Shown piece by piece: positions 47,951-57,880 of a DNA stretch of 64,000 bases (positions are counted from its first letter, which is position 1; every line of letters begins with the position of its first letter). The notes beneath the pieces were generated by a model. The model searched no databases and was not told the origin of the DNA. It saw only the letters and a list, made by a program, of their open reading frames with translations. A program made the position numbers and the translations under genes. Origin of the DNA: Vulcanimicrobiota bacterium (GTDB taxonomy: Bacteria; Vulcanimicrobiota; Xenobia; Xenobiales; JADMJV01); assembly GCA_050250895.1 (NCBI GenBank), contig JBFWNU010000006.1:507720-571719 (forward strand), in the 5' to 3' direction.

Positions 47951-48199
47951 TTGCCGCCAATTCGAAAACGAGGACTGGAAGTGGCGCCCGGCATCACCTT
48001 GCGCTCGAGCGAATCGCCCGACGGACGCTGGGTCGCCTGGATCGAGAAGAACGGTAGACCGGTTGAAGTAGAAGAGAACAAACCCAGACTCTTCGAAGGG
48101 CCCACCTGCTATCAAGCCCAGTGTCGCGCCATGAAATGGCTGCGTGGTCAAGATTCTACTCGGATTCGCATCCAACGAGCTCGAACCGCCTCTGGCTAA
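47951..48199 (+). CDS. Small basic hypothetical protein
   Basis: GAGGAG RBS, TTG start, 82 aa. Confidence 0.55.
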   Translation: MPPIRKRGLEVAPGITLRSSESPDGRWVAWIEKNGRPVEVEENKPRLFEGPTCYQAQCRAMKWLRGQDSTRIRIQRARTASG

Positions 48200-48688
48200 T
48201 TAGTCGATGCGGAAGTAGATCTTCGTCAACTTGCCGTCTACGAAACGTAGCTGCCCAAAGGTGCGGGGCGTATCCCAGCAGTCGGTGAAGTTGTAGCTGG
48301 CCACGCCCGGCCGTTCGCCCACCAGCGAGCCCTCTTCGCCCAGAATGTGCTGGGCGGTTGCCAGGTCGTCTCCAAATTGCAGGCCCGCCGGCAGGTCTAG
48401 TTTTAGATCCACGGCCGGGGCGTCCTCGGTTCCTTCCAGCACGCCATATTCCAGATGGGACACTGTGCCGGAGTTGCTCAGAATCACACGCAGCGAATAA
48501 GGACCGTCCCGCTCACGCCAGCTATAGATCTCCCAGTCGCTGTGCTTTTGTCCGGGACCAAAGCGCTGCTCGAGTTCGCTGATGTTGGTCCGGTCAGCCT
48601 CGATATCCCCCACCCGCGGACGACGCGTCGGCAGGGTCCACCAGGCGAGGAGAGCCGATACCAGCAGGACAGCCAGAACGTAGCGCAT
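48200..48688 (-). CDS. Exported/anchored hypothetical protein
   Basis: Hydrophobic N-terminus; ends QLRFVDGKLTKI. Confidence 0.7.
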   Translation of the reverse strand: MRYVLAVLLVSALLAWWTLPTRRPRVGDIEADRTNISELEQRFGPGQKHSDWEIYSWRERDGPYSLRVILSNSGTVSHLEYGVLEGTEDAPAVDLKLDLPAGLQFGDDLATAQHILGEEGSLVGERPGVASYNFTDCWDTPRTFGQLRFVDGKLTKIYFRID

Positions 48689-48736
48689 GACCCGATGGTA
48701 TTCGAAAAGGGCCGGGGCCGTCTGTGACTTTCGTCG

Positions 48737-49777
48737 CTAGAAAGCGTCGAGAAAGTTCTGTTCGACCGTTTCGTTGGTGGTTCTCAGGGCCTGGTCGTGG
48801 TCCCGCACGAAGGCGTCGGCATCTTGATTCTTGAGCAGGTTCAGGGCCCGGTCGTAGGCGTCGGCGCGCCACGACAGGATGGTCTTGGTGGCCTCGCTCT
48901 CGCGACCGTCGACCGCCCCGAACCAGCCCGCGATGGTGCGGAAAGGGCTGCCTTTGAGGGTTTCGTGAACGGCCCCGCGATGGGTGGATTGGGCATCAAC
49001 GAACACATCTTTGAGTTCGCCGTTGAAGAAATTCTTCCACTTGCCCGACAAGTCGCTCTCGCGGAAGTGGCCTTCTTTGACGCCTTCGTTGAGCACCTGG
49101 GCCATGGCCCGGTCCAGATCACTCACCACGTGGGCGCGCAGACTATGCATAAAGCCAGAAACCTCGTCGGTGATGCCCGGGCTGACATCGAAGCCCTGAT
49201 CGCTGGCGCTTTTCCACACGCCGTCCATGTCGTTGGCGTCTTTGGCGTGGGCCGGGTCGTAATACTTGTGAAAAGTGTTGATGATACCGTAGATCATCTT
49301 TTGCTCGTCTTCGGGACGTCCCTCGGCTTTCTTGAGCATATCCTCGGTGATCTCGGCATAGATGGTGGCGAAAGGCAGCGCATCGCCGTCGGTGCTGTCG
49401 AGTTTTTTGCCGGACTTGAGGTCTTGCACGAACTGCTGTTGGTCGCGCAGGGTCTGCTCGGCCTTCTCGCGGGTAAAGTCTTCGGGATTGACCCTCACTT
49501 CGCGGTCGTCGTGGGTGCGGCGACGAACGTCGGCGATGGCCCGGTCGCGGGCCGCCTGGGTGGCCGGGTCGGGTTTGTCGGGCCCGGCGCCCTGGCCGTT
49601 CTGGCGCATTTGGGTGGCGAAGGCACGCAGGCGGGCGGCGGGGTCCTCTTCCCGCTGTTCGCCCAGGGTTACCCGGTCCTGGGGAAGGTCGCTGGCCGGT
49701 TGGGTGGCCGGGGCGGACCCACGGCGAACCGGAGCTACAACGGGATTCGGTTGAAGTTGAACTGGCGCTGCACCCAT
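48737..49777 (-). CDS. Hypothetical protein with disordered leader and DUF5995-like helical domain
   Basis: GAGGAGG RBS; FATIYAEIT...FHKYY...W...RAHVVSDL recalls DUF5995 (tentative). Confidence 0.65.
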   Translation of the reverse strand: MGAAPVQLQPNPVVAPVRRGSAPATQPASDLPQDRVTLGEQREEDPAARLRAFATQMRQNGQGAGPDKPDPATQAARDRAIADVRRRTHDDREVRVNPEDFTREKAEQTLRDQQQFVQDLKSGKKLDSTDGDALPFATIYAEITEDMLKKAEGRPEDEQKMIYGIINTFHKYYDPAHAKDANDMDGVWKSASDQGFDVSPGITDEVSGFMHSLRAHVVSDLDRAMAQVLNEGVKEGHFRESDLSGKWKNFFNGELKDVFVDAQSTHRGAVHETLKGSPFRTIAGWFGAVDGRESEATKTILSWRADAYDRALNLLKNQDADAFVRDHDQALRTTNETVEQNFLDAF

Positions 49778-49864
49778 ACGGCCTCCTCGCCTTATCGGTA
49801 TCACGCACCGCCGAGGATCTGTCTAGACATGTTTCAAAAAAGTTTCTGGCTTGTGAACGTCTGG

Positions 49865-52800
49865 TCAGGTCCGTTTGCGAAAAATGGCCGTCAAGCGCTG
49901 CATGAATCTCCCCTGCGGGACCTGTCCCAGCCCCATCGCCTGCCCTTCTGGGTCAAGCTCCCAGTCGATCTCCCAGAGTCGCAAGCTTCGATCCTGGCCG
50001 GCCGTGACCACGAAACGTCCGTCCGGCGTGGCCGACAGGGCCCGCACCGCCCCAACGTGACCTTCGAGTTGAGCCAGCGAGCCGCCCCCATGGACGCTGT
50101 AAACCCGTACCTGTCCGTCGTCGCTAGCGGCCAGGGCGAAGAGCCCGCCGGCGACCAGGGTGATAGCGGTCAGTCCCGATCCGGACGGACCCAGTTCTTG
50201 CAGACAGCGCCCCTTCTTGAGGTCCCACAAGCGCAGGCGCCCATCCATGCCACCGGTGAGAGCGTAGCGACCGTCGTCGGTGATGGTCACCAGGCTGGCC
50301 ATCGACTTGTCTCCGAAGGTGTCGCCTCCCAACAGGCAACGTGCTTCGCGAGGATTCCAGACGGTCATTGGCTGGCGGGGGGCCACGACCACGGCCAGTT
50401 TGCCGTCGGCCGTCATGGCCAGATCGGCGGTGGTGGCGGTGATCCGTTCGCTGATCGCTTGCTGGCCCAGTCGCCAAACCAGCAGCAGGCCGTCGCTGGT
50501 GCCGGCCATGGCGAGTTCGCCGTCCGAGCTGATGGCCAGCGCTTCGATGCCGGGATGTCCGTCGAGATAGGTGTTGATACAGTTGCCCGTTTCCAGATCC
50601 CAGAGCCGAACGGCGTCGTCTCCGGCCGAGAGCAGCCAACCTTTGTCGCGAGCCAGGGCCAGCCGGCGGATGGAGCCGGTGTGCCCGGTAAAGCCGCGCA
50701 GACAAGACCCGGTGGCCAGTTCCCACAGGCGTAGAAAGCGCCCGGTGGCGGCAATGGCAAAACGGCCGTCGCCGGTCAGGGTGAGGGCGCTGATATCGAC
50801 CTCTTCCGCCACCGTGCGTAGCTGCCAGACCGCCGCTACCGAGCGACGTCCGAGACGGGTCATCAGGTCAGCGTTGAGTTCCAGCGCGTCGGGGTCGCGG
50901 CGATAGCCGAACACCGACCGCGCTTGAGTCAGTTCGCGATAAGCGGTGGCAAAGTCGCTGCGGTCGAATCGCTCGCGGGCGCGGGTGAAGTGTTCCCAGA
51001 AAACCTCGCGAGTGCGCTCGGACTCGTCGTGGCTGCGACTGCGATTGACCACCAGGGCCCGCTCGTAGACACGAGACCCCTGGGCGATCTCCCACATCAG
51101 CAGGCGTCCATCCTGGCAGCCGGTGGCGGCCAGGTTGCCGTCGCTCGAAAGAGCCAGCGAGGTGACCGGGCCCTGGTGCCCGCTCAGACGGCGCAGGCTC
51201 CTTCCGCTGGGCACCTCCCACAGGACCACCTGGGCAGGGGTAGCGTCGATGTTGGCCAGCAAAAACTGCCCGGACGGATCCAGGCCCACCAGACTACCCT
51301 CGCGGTGGAAAATTCGCTCGCCAGTCGAGACATCCCAGAGTTCGACGCCGCCCCCTTCGGCCGAGCGTCCGTAGCCGACGGCAGCATAGCGGCCGGCGGC
51401 GCAGAAATGGATGGAGCGGACCTCGCCCGCGCAGGGCCGAACCCAGAGCGAGCCGCCGGTGGCCAACGACCAGAAACGCAGGCTGCGGTCGCGGCCACCC
51501 GAGAGGCCCAGCTCGCCATCGGGGGTCAATCCCACCGCCTCGACCAGATCGGTGTGACCTTCGAACACCTGCAGACACTCCCCGCTGGCGGCGTCCCAGA
51601 GCCGCAGGGTGGTGTCCCAGCTGCCGGACAAAAAGCGACTCTCGTCGGCTAGAAAGGCGACCGAAGTGACCCGCTTGGTGTGGCCGCTGTAGACGACTTC
51701 GGTGGTTCCGTCGGGCAGCCTGAGACGGCGCAGCTCGATCAGTCCCGCCAGGGCATGGTGCCCGCCCGCCAGCACGGTGTAGAAACGCTCCCGTTCGTCG
51801 AGAGCCAGCAGACTGCGGCCACGGTCAAGGGTCCAGACGCGCCCGCCGGCGCTCTCGAGCGAAAGGACCAGACTCTCGGTCACGGCCAGCCGGCGGATGG
51901 ATTTGCCCTGACCTTCGAGCAGACTCATCTGCCAGCGCCATTGGCGATGGCCCTCGGGGCTGATCCTTTCCAACCCGTCCCCGATGGCGGCCACTAAGCC
52001 CCCATCAGGGCAGAAGGCGAGGGCCGTGACGGTCTCGCCGCGCATGAAGATGGGCCGGGGTGAATCAGCGGGAAACAGAATCCTCCCCTCCCGGATGCGT
52101 TGCTCGCGCGCCGCCAAGTCAGCTCGTAGCAAGGCTTCGTGATCGTCGGGAATCTGGCGTAGGGCGGCCTGATAAGCCTGCATGGCTTCGGTGAAGCGGG
52201 CCTGGTACATGCGGGCGTCGCCCAGCGCCCTCCAGGCCAGACCTTCACTGGCCACGTGGGGCAGCTCGAGGGCCGCGTTGAGTTCGACCTCGGCGGCCTG
52301 AGGGTCGAACTGCTCGAGGTAGTAGAGACCCAGAAACACGCCGGCCCGTGGATAGGCGGTCTTCACCTGGGCCAGGCGATGGAGCACCTCCGTGGAACGG
52401 ATCTGCCCTAGACGCCACTGGAGCACCGAACGGTTATAGACGGTCTCGGGATGGAGCGCGTCCAGCTTCGAAGCCTCGCGCCAGGCGCTGAAGGCCTCTT
52501 GCGACTTGCCCAGGTTCCAAAACGAGACGGCCTTGTTGTTGAGGGCGGCTGCCCGTTGCACACCGGGCTTGGGAATGGGCCTCGGATAGGTCTTGCCGAC
52601 CACGGTGCGATACAGAAAGGTCAGCCGCTCTCGCAGATCGAGCATCGAGGGTGGCCGCTCTTTGGGGCGCTTGGCCAAGCACTGCAGGATGACGGTGTCG
52701 AGATTCTTGGGCAAGTCGGGTCGAAACTCGCGCGGGTTGGGGGGATCCTTGGACATGTGCCGCGCGATTAAAAGGGAGGGTTCGGTGCGCTTGGTGCCAT

Positions 52801-53569
52801 CGTCGAAGGGTCGACGGCCGCAGCACAACTCGAAGAGCAGCACGCCCAGCGCGTAGATGTCTGCTTGAACGGCCACTCCCCTCCCCTCCCACTGCTCGGG
52901 AGCCGAATATTCGGGTGTGCCCAACAGAGCCCCGGTTCGGGTCAGGGTCCAGCTACTCCACTCGCTCCCGGGCTTGGGCGAGAGCTCGAGCGAAACTCCT
53001 TCCTCGAGCTTGTCGGGCAGGGGTTCGCGAGCAATCGTGATCGGGGACTCTTCAGCCCCGGTCATCTTGACCAGACCAAAGTCGGTAACGCACAAGCCCC
53101 CGTCCTCTCGAATCAGAAGGTTGGCCGGCTTGACATCCCGGTGGACCACTCCGTAGCGGTGGGCGTGAGCCAGACCGTCGCAAGCCTGAATGGTCAGGTC
53201 CAGGATGGTTTGCCAGTCGCCGGGCGAGACCCGTCCCGCCTGTTTCCATTCCTTGAGGCTGCCCCCCGGCAGATAGTCGAGAAACAACAGAGGAACACCG
53301 TGGTGCTCGCGGACAAACCAGCACTGCACGATGTTGGGATGCACTCCGAGGTCGACCCAGGTGTGGGCCTCGCGGATGAAGCGCTCTTTGGCGGTAGCAT
53401 CCGACACCAGTTCTGGTAGGGGAACTTTTACCGCCAGATCCTGGTTCCAATCTCGATGGCGGACTCGGTAGACGGTTCCCATCCCGCCCTGACCGACCAG
53501 TTCCTTGACCTCGTATCTGCTGTCGATAACGTCGCCAACTTGCCAATCGACGACACTACTGTGTGACAT
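49865..53569 (-). CDS. Ser/Thr protein kinase with TPR and multiple WD40 repeats
   Basis: GQGGMG, LAVK, HRDVKPAN, DFG, GTPEYSAPE; many GH...W[DE] repeats. Confidence 0.95.
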   Translation of the reverse strand: MSHSSVVDWQVGDVIDSRYEVKELVGQGGMGTVYRVRHRDWNQDLAVKVPLPELVSDATAKERFIREAHTWVDLGVHPNIVQCWFVREHHGVPLLFLDYLPGGSLKEWKQAGRVSPGDWQTILDLTIQACDGLAHAHRYGVVHRDVKPANLLIREDGGLCVTDFGLVKMTGAEESPITIAREPLPDKLEEGVSLELSPKPGSEWSSWTLTRTGALLGTPEYSAPEQWEGRGVAVQADIYALGVLLFELCCGRRPFDDGTKRTEPSLLIARHMSKDPPNPREFRPDLPKNLDTVILQCLAKRPKERPPSMLDLRERLTFLYRTVVGKTYPRPIPKPGVQRAAALNNKAVSFWNLGKSQEAFSAWREASKLDALHPETVYNRSVLQWRLGQIRSTEVLHRLAQVKTAYPRAGVFLGLYYLEQFDPQAAEVELNAALELPHVASEGLAWRALGDARMYQARFTEAMQAYQAALRQIPDDHEALLRADLAAREQRIREGRILFPADSPRPIFMRGETVTALAFCPDGGLVAAIGDGLERISPEGHRQWRWQMSLLEGQGKSIRRLAVTESLVLSLESAGGRVWTLDRGRSLLALDERERFYTVLAGGHHALAGLIELRRLRLPDGTTEVVYSGHTKRVTSVAFLADESRFLSGSWDTTLRLWDAASGECLQVFEGHTDLVEAVGLTPDGELGLSGGRDRSLRFWSLATGGSLWVRPCAGEVRSIHFCAAGRYAAVGYGRSAEGGGVELWDVSTGERIFHREGSLVGLDPSGQFLLANIDATPAQVVLWEVPSGRSLRRLSGHQGPVTSLALSSDGNLAATGCQDGRLLMWEIAQGSRVYERALVVNRSRSHDESERTREVFWEHFTRARERFDRSDFATAYRELTQARSVFGYRRDPDALELNADLMTRLGRRSVAAVWQLRTVAEEVDISALTLTGDGRFAIAATGRFLRLWELATGSCLRGFTGHTGSIRRLALARDKGWLLSAGDDAVRLWDLETGNCINTYLDGHPGIEALAISSDGELAMAGTSDGLLLVWRLGQQAISERITATTADLAMTADGKLAVVVAPRQPMTVWNPREARCLLGGDTFGDKSMASLVTITDDGRYALTGGMDGRLRLWDLKKGRCLQELGPSGSGLTAITLVAGGLFALAASDDGQVRVYSVHGGGSLAQLEGHVGAVRALSATPDGRFVVTAGQDRSLRLWEIDWELDPEGQAMGLGQVPQGRFMQRLTAIFRKRT

Positions 53570-53659
53570 AGGTAGGCTCCATGTTCGCGAGGCAAACCTG
53601 ATCCCATTCGCCGGGGCGGCAAACTTTATTCATCTTTTCTTCAAATATCGACAACAAAA

Positions 53660-54076
53660 ATGATGGACCATAACAAGATGAGAATCGGGCCATACCGCCT
53701 GCGCGTCCTGGTGGTTGACGACGATCTGAACGTAGCCTCGGTTTTATCGCGCCTGTTGCGGCACCTCGGATGTGAAGTGACCACCTCGACGGAGTCGCCG
53801 GCGGCCCTGGCAACCTTCGAGGCGGCGCCTGACGACTTCGACTTGCTCTTCACCGATCAGGAGATGCCCGAACTGCGGGGGCCCGAACTGATTCGCCGGT
53901 GCCGGACCATCCGCCCCAACCTGGTGGTGATCATCGGTAGCGGTATGCCCCTGTCCGAACCTCTGACGGAGTGCTTGTTCTTGCGCAAGCCGTATCACCT
54001 ACAAGGTTTACGCGATGCCCTGGATTGGGCGCGCTCCCAGGTCGACCGGGCTGTCGACGCCCCCAATAAAGGGTGA
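53660..54076 (+). CDS. Stand-alone response regulator receiver
   Basis: VLVVDDD, TDQEMP, KP. Confidence 0.9.
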   Translation: MMDHNKMRIGPYRLRVLVVDDDLNVASVLSRLLRHLGCEVTTSTESPAALATFEAAPDDFDLLFTDQEMPELRGPELIRRCRTIRPNLVVIIGSGMPLSEPLTECLFLRKPYHLQGLRDALDWARSQVDRAVDAPNKG

Positions 54077-54097
54077 ACAAATGTGCACCTGGAATAG

Positions 54098-54472
54098 TTG
54101 GCCGTGCGCAAGACTCGATTGCGGCGCTGGCGGTGCCGCAGCCGAGAGCACGCGGTTTGGCTCGAGGTTCTAGAACATCATGGCTTGTTCGTCTATCGAG
54201 TCAGACCGTGCTGGCATTTCCTCGACCACGACGCGGCTCCGGTTTTTTATTTCCACGGTAGCCCCGACCAGGCGGGCTGGCTGCTACTGGTCGTGGCCGA
54301 AGGGCTCGACTTTCACCAACCTCGCCGGGCCCGCCAGCGGGTCGAGGAATTTCTCGCTGCCCTGGGACTAAGCCGCAGCTGGGGAGTTATCGAGGCCCAA
54401 CCGCTGCGCTGGGGCTGGGTCTGGAGGCTGCCGCGCCCTCCTCCGGGCATTGGCTGTTGGCGGCCAGCATGA
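54098..54472 (+). CDS. Hypothetical protein
   Basis: Fills the gap after the receiver gene; overlaps the convergent gene end by 86 bp. Confidence 0.4.
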   Translation: MAVRKTRLRRWRCRSREHAVWLEVLEHHGLFVYRVRPCWHFLDHDAAPVFYFHGSPDQAGWLLLVVAEGLDFHQPRRARQRVEEFLAALGLSRSWGVIEAQPLRWGWVWRLPRPPPGIGCWRPA

Positions 54473-56222
54473 TTTCGGCCGCGTCCAGGTCAAGCTTCAG
54501 CTTGTCAAAGGCCCGACCGTCGGCCAGAGGGTGGAGGCGGTCGGTGGCTTCGACCAGCCCGTTGCGATTGCTATCGGCCCAGAGCCAGAGGTGGGTGGCT
54601 TCGGCTGCATCGAGTTGCCGGTTGCCGTCGGCATCGAGAGCGGCCAGAGCCTGCCCGTCGAGGGGTTGCCACTGCCCGTCAGCATTGCGGCTCAACAGCA
54701 GGGCGTCGACCCCGGCATCGTAGCGGCCGTTAAGATTCCAGTCGAGACTGGTGGCGGGCCGCTCCTTGCCTTCGACGGCTACGGTCGATTCGACCGTGGG
54801 CCTGACCAGCTCCCAGGTTCGACTCGAGTGCAGCGAGCCGACGGCGTTGGCCTGGGGCTCGGCGCCAAGGCCATCGATGGTTTGAATGGTGCCCGAGTGG
54901 CTGATCACGAAAAGCCTCTGCTGATCGCGACCCAGCGCCAACGACTCGTGGTGATGCATCTCTGACTTGAGCTGGCCGGTGCGGGTGTCGAGCGCCACCA
55001 GTCGGCAGGGAGCTTCCAGAGCGAAGAGTGTCTCAGCCCCTCCTAGTTCGAGGTCGGTCACGAGTCCGGTCGCGGTTCGTTCCCAGAGCTGCTCACCCGT
55101 CTGGCCGTCCACCACCCGCAGACGCGAGATCATCTCGCCATCCGGGCCTGACTCATCGCTAACGGTTACCAGATCGCCAGCATCGGTGGGCTGGAACCAG
55201 CGGGGCGGAGTGGGAGCCTGGTGGCTCCATAGCACCTGGCCGCTGGTGGGGTCGATGCGCTTGAGCATGGCCCGGCTGTTGCCTTGAGAGTCGAAGTCGG
55301 TCTGAGAGCAATAAAGCGAGCCGTCGACTCCAAAGGTCAGATGGCGGCCAAGCCCGCCGGCCACGCTCCAGGCCACTTCGCCGCTGGCGGCGTCGAGGCC
55401 CATCAGGCGAGTGGTGAGCGTGCCGTTGACGGCCTCGAAGAAAACCACCCGCGAGCCGTCCGGGCTCCAGGCGGGGTGCGACCGGACCGCGCCCTGGGGG
55501 GAATAGCGCCAGTCAATCTCGCCGTTGGCGGCGTTACGCTGTTGCAGTTCAAAGACATCCTCCCGCGGCAGCCGGGTGATGGCAAAGAAGAGCATCTTGT
55601 CCTGGCGAAAGGCGATGCGGTCGATCTGCTGATCCCGAAACTCGAACAGCGGCTGGCCCGTAGCCAGATCCAGGGCGGACATCACCGTCTGGCCCGGGGG
55701 GACGGTGTTCGAGGCGGCAAAGACTCGACCATCGTGGATTTCAATCGGCGCTCGAAGTCGCTCCAGACCCTGGCTCCAGACGGTCTTGCCCGTCTCGGGG
55801 TCGAGGCGACGCAAGCTGTAGTATGGGGGCCGGTCCAGGCGGTCCATCAAGAGAATCTCTCCTTCGGGGCCGAGGAAAGGTCCGCTGATCTTCTCGCCCA
55901 TCAGCAACGACCACTTGAGTTCGCCGGTTTGAGGGTCGGTGGCCCTGAGGTGGTCGTCCACCTGGCCCAGCAGGGGGCCATGCGGGAGCACGATGGGCTG
56001 CTCCTGGGCCACGGCGCCAGCCCTGGTCCAAACGATGTTTCCGGTGCTCTCGTCAACGGCCGACAGGCGGCTGTGGGCGTCGGTGACCAGCAGATTGCCA
56101 TGGCCGTCGCTGCGCGGCGATAAACTGACCCAATCCTCGATCTGCCCCCGCCAGCTCGAATCTGGTTGGCACGGCCGGGGTCGAGAGCGCGCCTGGGCGG
56201 CGTGGAGCGTGCTGATCCTCAT
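54387..56222 (-). CDS. PQQ-like beta-propeller protein with C-terminal Ca-binding-like motifs
   Basis: Repeated ALDxxTGxxxW; DADGNRQLD and WADSNRNG; start MRISTLH (or 56234). Confidence 0.85.
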   Translation of the reverse strand: MRISTLHAAQARSRPRPCQPDSSWRGQIEDWVSLSPRSDGHGNLLVTDAHSRLSAVDESTGNIVWTRAGAVAQEQPIVLPHGPLLGQVDDHLRATDPQTGELKWSLLMGEKISGPFLGPEGEILLMDRLDRPPYYSLRRLDPETGKTVWSQGLERLRAPIEIHDGRVFAASNTVPPGQTVMSALDLATGQPLFEFRDQQIDRIAFRQDKMLFFAITRLPREDVFELQQRNAANGEIDWRYSPQGAVRSHPAWSPDGSRVVFFEAVNGTLTTRLMGLDAASGEVAWSVAGGLGRHLTFGVDGSLYCSQTDFDSQGNSRAMLKRIDPTSGQVLWSHQAPTPPRWFQPTDAGDLVTVSDESGPDGEMISRLRVVDGQTGEQLWERTATGLVTDLELGGAETLFALEAPCRLVALDTRTGQLKSEMHHHESLALGRDQQRLFVISHSGTIQTIDGLGAEPQANAVGSLHSSRTWELVRPTVESTVAVEGKERPATSLDWNLNGRYDAGVDALLLSRNADGQWQPLDGQALAALDADGNRQLDAAEATHLWLWADSNRNGLVEATDRLHPLADGRAFDKLKLDLDAAEIMLAANSQCPEEGAAASRPSPSAAVGPR

Positions 56223-56287
56223 CCTCGAGAGCATGGCAGTATTGGGGGCGAGGAAATCTAAACAGGGTGTAAAATAACGGGGCAGCC

Positions 56288-57166
56288 ATGGCCGATGATA
56301 ATCCTTTCGTTCGCCTCCTCGGCGAGGCGCTCGAGTTTGACCTTCCCCCCGAAAATCCACGCACGGTGCGCGGCACCATTAGCTTGGCTCAGCGTTATCT
56401 GGCCCAGGAGGCCGAGGTCGAAGAGTTGGCCGAGGCGGTCGAGTGGCTAGCCCACCAGATTCGCAACATTCACCGGCAATCGATCCAGGAACTCCAGGTC
56501 GAGACTCAAGTAGACCCCCAACTTCGCGTGCACCTCGAGGCTCAGATCGATGCCTACGAAGTGATCGGCGACGGTCTCGAGCGCCTATCCGAGTCGATTC
56601 CGGACCATTCCGAGGTGGCCGAGGCTTTGTCCATGGTCGAAGAAGGAGCGGAGATCCTGGCCGATCATCAAGAGGCCCTTCAGGCCTGGGCCAGTGGTGA
56701 TGTCGCTCTGTGTCCAAAGTGCGGCCGCCGCCAGCAAGCCCGTGAGCGTCTGTGTCCCAGTTGCCATATCATGCTGGTGCTGCCCGATGCCAGCGACTTC
56801 GAGTTCCAAAGCGTGAATCTGGGGCCGGCCTACATCGAACTCTATGAGGCCTGCAAGGGGGTAGCCGAGGGCAATCTGGCGGTTCGTCAGCTGCTCGCCA
56901 GCGTCGATGCCCTGGCCAACGAACTGGGGCAGACCGAGTTTTTGCTCGAACGGCTCGACGCCACCCAGCGGGCTCAGCTCAATGCCCCGGCCATCTCCGC
57001 TCAGTTGCAGCGTTCCCTGGAGGGGCTCGAGCGAATTCGCGGCTTCGAAAAGAGCGCCGCCCTGGCCGACTTGAACCGGGGCTGGGCGGCCGTCTCCCAG
57101 GCAGGCGAGCAGCTGGCTCGATCGATCGTGCCCCTGGCTGAATCGCTGGGCTACAAACCCCAATAA
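56288..57166 (+). CDS. Helical hypothetical protein with central zinc ribbon
   Basis: CPKC...CPSC between two helical halves. Confidence 0.75.
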   Translation: MADDNPFVRLLGEALEFDLPPENPRTVRGTISLAQRYLAQEAEVEELAEAVEWLAHQIRNIHRQSIQELQVETQVDPQLRVHLEAQIDAYEVIGDGLERLSESIPDHSEVAEALSMVEEGAEILADHQEALQAWASGDVALCPKCGRRQQARERLCPSCHIMLVLPDASDFEFQSVNLGPAYIELYEACKGVAEGNLAVRQLLASVDALANELGQTEFLLERLDATQRAQLNAPAISAQLQRSLEGLERIRGFEKSAALADLNRGWAAVSQAGEQLARSIVPLAESLGYKPQ

Positions 57167-57194
57167 AAAAAGGGGCCCTGACGGGCCCCTTTTT
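57165..57194. terminator. Bidirectional rho-independent terminator
   Basis: A7-GGGGCCC-TGAC-GGGCCCC-T5 between convergent genes. Confidence 0.88.
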
Positions 57195-57205
57195 CAGGGC
57201 GAGAC

Positions 57206-57508
57206 CTATCCCAGGATTCCCCCGCGGTTGAGAAAACCGCCAGCGATGCCCGGGCAACCACAGCCTCCACCGAAGCCGCCACCACCGCAGCAGCCTCCGC
57301 CGCCGCAGCCGCCAGCTCCGCCGCCGCCACCGAGCCCCTGGCCTCCCTGGCTCATCGCCAGGCCTAGAATGATGCCCAGTAGCATCTGGAGCATTTCGCC
57401 GCCGCCCCCCTGACCGCGGGGTCCACCAAATCCACCGAGTCCGCCGATACCGGGGCCGCCGAAACCGCCCCGCATTGAGATACTGCAACTTCCGCCGCAA
57501 CAAGCCAT
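57206..57508 (-). CDS. Small Gly/Cys-rich protein
   Basis: AAGGAG RBS, own promoter and terminator, 100 aa. Confidence 0.72.
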   Translation of the reverse strand: MACCGGSCSISMRGGFGGPGIGGLGGFGGPRGQGGGGEMLQMLLGIILGLAMSQGGQGLGGGGGAGGCGGGGCCGGGGFGGGCGCPGIAGGFLNRGGILG

Positions 57509-57634
57509 TGGATTGAGCTACTCCTTCTCTGTGTAATTGAGTCCAGAGTAGCGGCCCGCCACCAGGGCCAGGAAGAGAGCGGTTGTAAACAGGCTGTTTC
57601 TGTTGTAGCCACCTTGTTAAGGGGCGTTAACAGA

Positions 57635-57880
57635 TTAGCCCCCCCCGCCACCCATCAGGATGCCGAAAACCATCACTGCGCCTCCGGCCAGACCGGTCAA
57701 GAAAGGGGCGCGACCTCGATCCCAATTGCTCACCAGCCAGATCAGGCTCACGAAGGGCACGAAAATACAACCGAGACCCCAGAGAATGCTAGTGCGAAAG
57801 GCTTCTCCTAAGAACCAGACGTTGCCGACGATGACCACGAGCACCCCGAGTAGCATGATGATTGAACCAAGAGCTTCCAT
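57635..57880 (-). CDS. Small membrane protein
   Basis: GGAGG RBS; three hydrophobic segments, WGLGCIFVPFVSL. Confidence 0.75.
   Translation of the reverse strand: MEALGSIIMLLGVLVVIVGNVWFLGEAFRTSILWGLGCIFVPFVSLIWLVSNWDRGRAPFLTGLAGGAVMVFGILMGGGGG

Noticed and set aside
49791-49830. Sigma28 promoter (CCGATAA) upstream of the DUF5995-like gene
   Set aside because: No TAAA -35 at the expected spacing.
48797-50734. Long plus-strand ORF (and similar antisense ORFs such as 60165-62024)
   Set aside because: Antisense shadows of real genes, expected at high GC; no motifs.
57206-57508. Gly/Cys peptide as a RiPP precursor
   Set aside because: No YcaO, radical SAM, lanthipeptide synthetase or transporter nearby; modification in trans cannot be excluded.
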